11,299 bases of DNA, from NCBI GenBank assembly GCA_029880775.1, contig JAOUNV010000021.1, positions 1 to 11,299 on the forward strand, read 5' to 3'. Positions 1 through 4,903 of the stretch are shown here, one piece after another; the stretch's first letter is position 1, and every line of letters starts with the position of its first letter. Source of the DNA: Nitrospinota bacterium (GTDB lineage: Bacteria > Nitrospinota_A > UBA7883). The notes beneath the pieces are model-generated. The model had not been told where the DNA came from, ran no database searches, and saw nothing but the letters and a program-made list of their open reading frames with translations. A program made the position numbers and the translations under genes.

Positions 1-100
1 TGTCCTTCTTGCCTTAAGAAAAAGCAGTCCTCAAAGAAGTGAAATCTAAGAAAGAATCGTTAACCTTTTTGGCTCACGTTTTCAGCCCACCATTCCACCA

Positions 101-129
101 TTGACATGTTGCCGCCTGGGGTTTTTAAT
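101..129 (+). promoter_or_regulatory. Candidate sigma70-type promoter for ORF1: TTGACA (101-106), 17-bp spacer, TTTAAT (124-129)
   Basis: Seen in sequence. The -35 is a perfect consensus hexamer. The -10 matches TATAAT at 5 of 6 positions after a 17-bp spacer. It lies about 45 bp upstream of the ORF1 ATG in a locally AT-rich leader. Two GGAG Shine-Dalgarno-like motifs (162-165, 167-170) precede the ATG at 173. Confidence 0.3.
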
Positions 130-172
130 TTAGTAAATCACTAACAGGTAAGCTGACCTCTGGAGCGGAGCG

Positions 173-655
173 ATGAAAATACCAACTACCTTGAAACATA
201 AGCCCGTTATCGTCGTAGAAAACTACGGTGAGGTTGATGGCCGCAATGCCTACAAAACTGACGCCCAGGGGCTCTCTCTCGGGCTCGCCCAGTGGAATGA
301 TCGCGGGAAAGTCGATATCTCCGCCAAAGTATGGCGGCATACCGGCGAAAAATGGTCCCGTCAGTCGGAGGAGCTTCCGCCTCACCGGGTCCTGGATTTG
401 GCGATTCTGGTGTGTCGCTCACGGCAGTACTTTTCGGAAGAAGCTTATCACCATAAAAAGCTCTACGACGAGAACAACACACGGATCGATCGGGTGCCGC
501 TGCAGGGCGACGCCATGACAGTGGAAGTGTGCACGGAGAATCCGATGCTCGACGAAGACATCGCGCTGTTCCAGAAAGCGCTGGGCGAAGATGACGAATT
601 GGTGGGTGAGCGGATGAAAGTGCTGGGCGGGATACTGCGCACATTGGGGTATTAA
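173..655 (+). CDS. Hypothetical protein, 160 aa, no family recognised
   Basis: Longest non-repetitive ORF in this region, with a balanced amino-acid composition, good GGAG ribosome-binding sites and an ATG start. The overlapping ORFs at 207-698(-) and 228-518(+) are Arg/Pro/Ser-rich and typical of high-GC shadow frames. The C-terminus is acidic (EDDELVGERMK). I recognise no motif. Confidence 0.6.
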   Translation: MKIPTTLKHKPVIVVENYGEVDGRNAYKTDAQGLSLGLAQWNDRGKVDISAKVWRHTGEKWSRQSEELPPHRVLDLAILVCRSRQYFSEEAYHHKKLYDENNTRIDRVPLQGDAMTVEVCTENPMLDEDIALFQKALGEDDELVGERMKVLGGILRTLGY

Positions 656-692
656 GCCACGAAACCACTGTCCACCTCAGTTGAGTCCGTGT

Positions 693-774
693 ACCCACAC
701 GTGGGTTGTATACCCGCTCGCGGGTTGTAAACAGGCTAGCCTGCCCGCTAGCGGGCTACAAAACCGCTAGCGGT
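693..774. repeat. Array of five adjacent GC-rich palindromes (possible operator array or REP-like element)
   Basis: Seen in sequence: ACCCAC-ac-GTGGGT (693-706), ACCCGC-tc-GCGGGT (712-725), CAGGCTAGCCTG (732-743), CCCGCTAGCGGG (744-755), ACCGCTAGCGGT (763-774). Three GCTAGC cores fall within 37 bp. Units 1 and 2 are each followed by TTGTA. Unit 4 is followed by CTACAA, the reverse complement of TTGTA. The array lies between the ORF1 stop (655) and the regulator start (885). Confidence 0.6.
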
Positions 775-805
775 TCAACTCCCGCTTCACCCCATCCAAC
801 AGCGC

Positions 806-859
806 CGTTATTGTGGCAAGGGGGTTGTTTGGCCTATAGTATCGTTATTGTGGTACAGG
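806..859 (+). promoter_or_regulatory. Direct repeat CGTTATTGTGG x2 (806-816, 843-853) bracketing a TATAGT -10-like hexamer (835-840). Candidate promoter/operator of the HTH gene
   Basis: Two 11-bp identical copies sit 37 bp apart, with 14 of 17 identity when extended. The TTGTGG at 811-816 could act as a weak -35, 18 bp upstream of the TATAGT. The second copy overlaps the predicted transcription start region, about 30 bp upstream of the ATG at 885. Confidence 0.3.
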
Positions 860-884
860 ATCGGGTTGGCAAAGAGCAATACTT

Positions 885-1664
885 ATGACGGCACTGGAAG
901 GGATAGGCGGAAAGATCCGCAGGCGGCGCGAGGAGCTGGGCTTAAAGCAGGCGGACATCGCCTCCGCCCTGCAGCTCACCGCCCAGGCGGTCTCCAAATG
1001 GGAACGGGGCGAGAACGCGCCAGACATCACCCTGCTGGGCCAGCTTTGCCGCATCCTGGGGGTCTCTGTGGATTGGCTTTTGGGCCTTTACGAGGAGAAC
1101 AAGGATGTGTTCGAGGCCACGGTGCTGGTCTCTGGTGTGCGCGGATTCGCCCGTAAGGCCGCCTCCATGCCCCCGGCGGACGTGGCGGCGTGGGCCAACG
1201 GATTCTTCTACCACCTCACGGAGGCTGCGTTGAAACATGGCGGTGTGCCGGTGAAGCAGATCGGCGACGGCATGCTTTGCTTCTTCTCCGGCGCGAGGCA
1301 TGGGGACAGGGCGGTGGCCGCCGCCAGGCGGGCTGTGGAGACGGGCAGGGATTCCATGACAGTGGCGCTGGTCCGCGGCGAGGTGTACTTAGGGTCACTG
1401 GGGCACCCAGACTATACCCATCCGGACATCATGGGCAGCACTGTGAACGTGGCGTTCCTGCTGTTGGCCGCCGATGGCTCTGGAGCCGTCGGCTCTGGAG
1501 CCGTCGGCTCTGGAGCCGGTGAATCGGATAGCGACACCAGCGTCATCACCGCCACCGCCAATGTGGTGGAAAATCTGGAGGAAAAGGCGCCGTTTGCCGG
1601 GCCTTATAAAAGAAATATCAGCCTTCTGGGCCGCGATGTGGCGGTGTATGAGATCAGGGTTTGA
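885..1664 (+). CDS. XRE-family HTH transcriptional regulator fused to a degenerate class-III adenylate/guanylate-cyclase-like (CHD) domain
   Basis: - N-terminus: LGLKQADIASALQLTAQAVSKWERGENAPDITLLGQLCRILGVSVDWLL is a textbook Cro/C1 HTH.
- C-terminus, CHD-like blocks: TVLVSGVRGFA (cf. V.vLF.DIvGFT), HGGVPVKQIGDGMLCFF (cf. hGG...K.iGDa.mavF) and MTVALVRGEVYLGSLG...HPDIMGSTVNVAFLL (cf. lriGihtG.vv.G.iG...Y.viGdtVNlAsRl).
- Catalytic residues: the first metal-binding Asp is replaced by Gly and the transition-state Arg by Leu. The second Asp (GDG) and the Lys are retained.
- Linker: a GSGAVGSGAVGSGAG stretch sits between the cyclase-like domain and the C-terminal tail. Confidence 0.8.
   Translation: MTALEGIGGKIRRRREELGLKQADIASALQLTAQAVSKWERGENAPDITLLGQLCRILGVSVDWLLGLYEENKDVFEATVLVSGVRGFARKAASMPPADVAAWANGFFYHLTEAALKHGGVPVKQIGDGMLCFFSGARHGDRAVAAARRAVETGRDSMTVALVRGEVYLGSLGHPDYTHPDIMGSTVNVAFLLLAADGSGAVGSGAVGSGAGESDSDTSVITATANVVENLEEKAPFAGPYKRNISLLGRDVAVYEIRV
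1476..1520 (+). repeat. In-frame 15-bp tandem repeat (GGCTCTGGAGCCGTC x2 perfect plus one 13/15 copy) encoding (GSGAV)n
   Basis: Seen in sequence at 1476-1490, 1491-1505 and 1506-1520. It encodes GSGAVGSGAVGSGAG inside the regulator CDS. Confidence 0.85.
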
Positions 1665-1702
1665 TAACAGTTGAACAATAATTATTTAAGGAGAACGAGA
1701 AG

Positions 1703-3121
1703 ATGGGCGCTGTAGCTGAAGCGACGAAAGATTACATCATTAAGGACATCGCGCAGGCGGACCTGGGCCGCAAGGAGCTGGATATAGCCGAGCACGAGAT
1801 GCCGGGGCTGATGGCCACCCGCGAAAAGTATGGCAAAGAAAAACCGCTGAAGGGTGTGCGGATTACAGGCAGCCTGCATATGACCATACAGACCGCTGTG
1901 CTGATCGAGACGCTGGTGGAGCTGGGCGCCGATGTGCGCTGGGCCTCGTGCAACATATTCTCCACCCAGGATCACGCCGCCGCCGCCATCGCCGCGACGG
2001 GTGTGCCGGTCTTCGCCTGGAAGGGGGAGACCCTGGAAGAGTATTGGGACATGACCCTCAACGCGCTCTCTTTCCCAGACGGCAAGGGGCCGCAGCTTAT
2101 CGTGGATGACGGCGGAGACGCCACCCTGGTGATCCATCGTGGATACGCCGCGGAAAAGGACCCGTCCATCCTGGACGAGCCGACCGACAACAAGGAACTG
2201 CAAATCGTCAATAACCTGCTGAAGAAAACCTTGAAGGAGCGCCCCGGCTTCTGGGCCAATGTGGTCAAGGACTGGAAGGGCGTCTCTGAGGAGACCACCA
2301 CCGGCGTCCACCGGCTGTACCAGATGATGGAGCGGGGCGAGCTGCTGGTGCCTGCTATCAACGTCAACGACTCCGTGACCAAATCCAAGTTCGACAACCT
2401 GTATGGCTGCCGCGAGTCGCTGATCGACGGCATCAAGCGAGCCACCGACGTGATGGTGGCGGGCAAGGTGGCCGTGGTGTGCGGCTATGGCGATGTGGGC
2501 AAGGGATGCGCCCAAGCCCTGCGCGGCATGGGCGCGCGGGTGATCGTGACGGAGATCGACCCGATCTGCGCTCTGCAGGCGGCGATGGAAGGTTATCGCG
2601 TGACCACGGTGGAGGACGCCCTGCCGGAGGCGGATATATACGTCACCACCACGGGGAATAAGGACATCATCACCCTGGAGCATATGAAGAAGATGAAGAA
2701 CCAGGCGATCGTCAGCAACATCGGGCATTTCGATAACGAGATCCAGGTGGAAAAGCTGGACGAGTTCGCCGGCGCCAAGAAGACCAACATCAAGCCGCAG
2801 GTGGACAAGTACACCTTCGACGATGGGCGTGAAATATACATGCTGGCAGAAGGACGGCTGGTGAACCTGGGCTGCGCCACGGGCCACCCAAGCTTCGTGA
2901 TGAGCAACAGCTTCACCAACCAGACGCTGGCGCAGATCGACCTGTGGAAGAACAACTACGATGTGGGTGTCTACACCCTCTCCAAGGAGCTGGACGAGGA
3001 AGTGGCCCGCCTGCATCTGGGAAAGATCGGCGTGAAACTGACCACGCTTAGCAATGATCAGGCGGATTACCTGGGCGTGCCGGTGAACGGGCCGTACAAG
3101 CCATCGCACTACAGGTACTAG
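1703..3121 (+). CDS. ahcY: Adenosylhomocysteinase (S-adenosyl-L-homocysteine hydrolase), long bacterial form, 472 aa
   Basis: Diagnostic AhcY sequence throughout. The NAD-binding motif is [34 protein letters not shown]. Substrate-domain blocks are [13 protein letters not shown] and TTTGVHRL. The C-terminal KPSHYRY tail matches the family. A strong AAGGAG ribosome-binding site sits 8 nt upstream of the ATG. The 475-aa ORF on the opposite strand is a GC-driven shadow. Confidence 0.95.
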   Translation: MGAVAEATKDYIIKDIAQADLGRKELDIAEHEMPGLMATREKYGKEKPLKGVRITGSLHMTIQTAVLIETLVELGADVRWASCNIFSTQDHAAAAIAATGVPVFAWKGETLEEYWDMTLNALSFPDGKGPQLIVDDGGDATLVIHRGYAAEKDPSILDEPTDNKELQIVNNLLKKTLKERPGFWANVVKDWKGVSEETTTGVHRLYQMMERGELLVPAINVNDSVTKSKFDNLYGCRESLIDGIKRATDVMVAGKVAVVCGYGDVGKGCAQALRGMGARVIVTEIDPICALQAAMEGYRVTTVEDALPEADIYVTTTGNKDIITLEHMKKMKNQAIVSNIGHFDNEIQVEKLDEFAGAKKTNIKPQVDKYTFDDGREIYMLAEGRLVNLGCATGHPSFVMSNSFTNQTLAQIDLWKNNYDVGVYTLSKELDEEVARLHLGKIGVKLTTLSNDQADYLGVPVNGPYKPSHYRY

Positions 3122-3168
3122 ATTCGAGCCTTCATTCGCATAAGAAAGTCAACGTCGGGTGTCATCTT

Positions 3169-3205
3169 CATAGTGAGCGAGGTTACTCAAGCCTCGCTCA
3201 CTATG
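3169..3205. terminator. Perfect 14-bp inverted repeat hairpin (CATAGTGAGCGAGG / CCTCGCTCACTATG, 9-nt loop) 48 bp after the ahcY stop
   Basis: Seen in sequence. The stem is perfect but no U-tract follows (GTATATCTCTC), so it is not a canonical intrinsic terminator. It could be a stabilising stem-loop, a protein-binding site, or a Rho-dependent or otherwise atypical terminator. Confidence 0.35.
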
Positions 3206-3560
3206 GTATATCTCTCAGGTCGTAATTATTCCCATTAAACCATTGAGCGCATAATGGATTTTTACAGCCCCAGTTCAACTTCAACATAAATAATTATATT
3301 GATTTTGTCATTGAAGCGGATGAATCACTTAACGGTAAAGTTCGAATATCACAATATAGTCGTGGTTTTATTTTCGCGGATTTAAATTCATCAAAGTCCC
3401 GAAGGATCAGAAGGCTAAATGCATATCCTCCTAACAATATGAATGGTATCCCTCAAAGTGACTGTGCGGCGGGATAAAATTAAACGACGCGAAAAACGGG
3501 ATCGTGAAACAACGGGCAACAGGTTTTTCAAGGCGCCTAGACCTGTGACCCATTAAATAA

Positions 3561-3636
3561 TGGTAGGCGGAGAGGGGATCGAACCCCCGACATCCAGCTT
3601 GTAAGGCTGGCGCTCTCCCAGCTGAGCTATCCGCCC
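3561..3636 (-). tRNA. tRNA-Val (anticodon UAC), CCA encoded
   Basis: Reverse complement gives GGGCGGA-TA-GCTC-AGCTGGGA-GAGC-G-CCAGC-CTTACAA-GCTGG-ATGTC-GGGGG-TTCGATC-CCCTC-TCCGCCT-A-CCA. This is a standard cloverleaf with a 7-bp acceptor stem (G1-U72 wobble), 4-bp D stem with GG in the loop, 5-bp anticodon stem, U33, anticodon TAC and purine at 37. The T-loop is TTCGATC and the 3' CCA is encoded. Confidence 0.9.
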
Positions 3637-3986
3637 ATTTATTTGATCACCGGCGCTTTCATAAATTTATGGAAGATAAGTAAAGCGAAATCGCTCCGTT
3701 ATTCTCCTTCAGGCCTGGAAAACATCGCTATTCTACACTGCCCCGACGCAAAAGCAAATTCTTCTTTAAAAGAGTGACGTGGGGCAGTCGCCTCCAATCC
3801 GCTGGCCACGATGATGGCCGGCGCCCTGCTGGTGATATGGCGCTGAGCCTTTTCACAATGTCGACCCAATACCGAAACAAGGCCCATGGCATTCCTCCGG
3901 CTGCAAAAGAGATACCTGATGGATGTGTGGTATGATGCGGGCGTATAAGTAAATATCTGAAATACTTTCTTGTCATTTTTCTATTT

Positions 3987-4733
3987 GTGGTGGCTTACGC
4001 TATCCTGTTGATTCCCAATTATTTCCTGGCCCAGAAGATATTGCGGTTGGAGGAGCACCACCACATTGATATCAAGGATAAAATAGTTCCCGTTCGTTTG
4101 CCTTTGGTCCTGAAATACGAACTGGGCGAGCGGGCCACTGAAAACCCCGCTGTGGCAAAAATAATTGAGCAGGCGGGCTTGAGCCCTGGCGATGCGGCGG
4201 CTCTCCCATCGGAACATCCGGAGCTAGTGGACATAGAGTGGGTAAGACGCGCCAATCCATACCCGCCACTCCTGTATGGATATTACAGTACCGGCTACCA
4301 TTATGGTTTTGTGTCTTTCGGATATATGGGAGTGGATGACGATTACCACCAGATCACTTTTTATCGGGGTGAGGCGGACAGCACCCCCTCATTATTTATT
4401 CCTAAAACCAGAGGATCCCAAACTGGCTGGGGTGATTATTTTATTGAATACACGGTATACCTGACGAGCAATTCATTTAAGAACTCTACCCGCGACACTT
4501 TGGCTTCTGGGAAAGCAAGGGAGCTTTCAAGCCCACTTTATCCGCCTGACATCGACAGGATAGACTGGAATACATATGAGGGAGGAAGCTATAACGGGTT
4601 TGAGGAAATAATCATGGCTTTGATTGGTCCCATATTGGAACTGGGGTTGATCGCATTTTTCTACATGATCTACAGCGCAGGCTACCGGCGCGGCTCTATG
4701 CGCTCTGCTGGCCTGCAAGATGGCTCCGTCTGA
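3987..4733 (+). CDS. Hypothetical Tyr/Gly-rich protein with hydrophobic N-terminus and C-terminal transmembrane anchor, 248 aa. GTG start, start site uncertain
   Basis: This is the only long ORF in 3640-4900. GC is noticeably lower than the flanking genes. The N-terminus AYAILLIPNYFLA and the C-terminus IIMALIGPILELGLIAFFYMIYSAGY are both hydrophobic. The central region is rich in Y/G/S/T (YGYYSTGYHYGFVSFGYMG). There is no obvious Shine-Dalgarno before the GTG at 3987, and the first in-frame ATG is far downstream, so the true start is unclear. Confidence 0.5.
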   Translation: MVAYAILLIPNYFLAQKILRLEEHHHIDIKDKIVPVRLPLVLKYELGERATENPAVAKIIEQAGLSPGDAAALPSEHPELVDIEWVRRANPYPPLLYGYYSTGYHYGFVSFGYMGVDDDYHQITFYRGEADSTPSLFIPKTRGSQTGWGDYFIEYTVYLTSNSFKNSTRDTLASGKARELSSPLYPPDIDRIDWNTYEGGSYNGFEEIIMALIGPILELGLIAFFYMIYSAGYRRGSMRSAGLQDGSV

Positions 4734-4903
4734 CATAACCTCGCACAAGAAAACGGCCTAAGCGCGCAAGGAGGCAAGACCGCTTTTCAAGCCGCCCCAT
4801 TGGGGGAGGTGACGGGTTGTTTGAAAACGCCATCCGGAGCATTTGCGCCCCGGACGGCGAGACTCTCCTGTTAACTTCCTGCTAGAGTTTCCCCTGCCCG
4901 GTT

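Noticed and set aside
207-698. 163-aa minus-strand ORF and 96-aa plus-strand ORF overlapping ORF1
   Set aside because: Arg/Pro/Ser/Cys-rich compositions typical of out-of-frame translation. The 173-655 plus frame has the balanced composition and ribosome-binding site.
706-715. 10-mer TTGTATACCC in the palindrome array matching its reverse complement GGGTATACAA at 7634-7643 in the OMP/3-TM intergenic gap
   Set aside because: Across about 11 kb on both strands, on the order of a hundred random 10-mer coincidences are expected. A single match is not meaningful.
1560-1702. Possible SAH riboswitch upstream of ahcY
   Set aside because: Only 38 bp of non-coding leader. No GC-rich pseudoknot-forming consensus was recognisable by eye in the regulator 3' end. 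A covariance-model scan is needed for certainty, but the space argument makes it unlikely.
1682-3109. 475-aa ORF antisense to the entire ahcY gene
   Set aside because: Classic high-GC shadow ORF. The translation is Arg/Leu/His/Gln-rich low complexity with no motifs, while the sense strand is an unmistakable AhcY.
3231-3557. 9-bp direct repeat CCCATTAAA at both ends of the AT-rich segment as att sites
   Set aside because: A single 9-mer match has a non-trivial chance expectation, and it does not overlap the tRNA 3' end itself. It is kept only as a weak note inside the AT-rich-segment finding, not called as a mobile-element boundary.
3738-3787. 7-bp GC stem (CTGCCCC...GGGGCAG) with about 36-nt loop in the tRNA/3987 divergent region
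   Set aside because: Long loop and short stem. It could be a tRNA promoter-region structure, but there is nothing to distinguish it from chance. Not called.
3815-3850. 11-codon mini-ORF ATGATGGCCGGCGCCCTGCTGGTGATATGGCGCTGA (MMAGALLVIWR) upstream of the 3987 gene, as a possible leader peptide
   Set aside because: No ribosome-binding site and no attenuator-like alternative hairpins downstream. Most likely chance.
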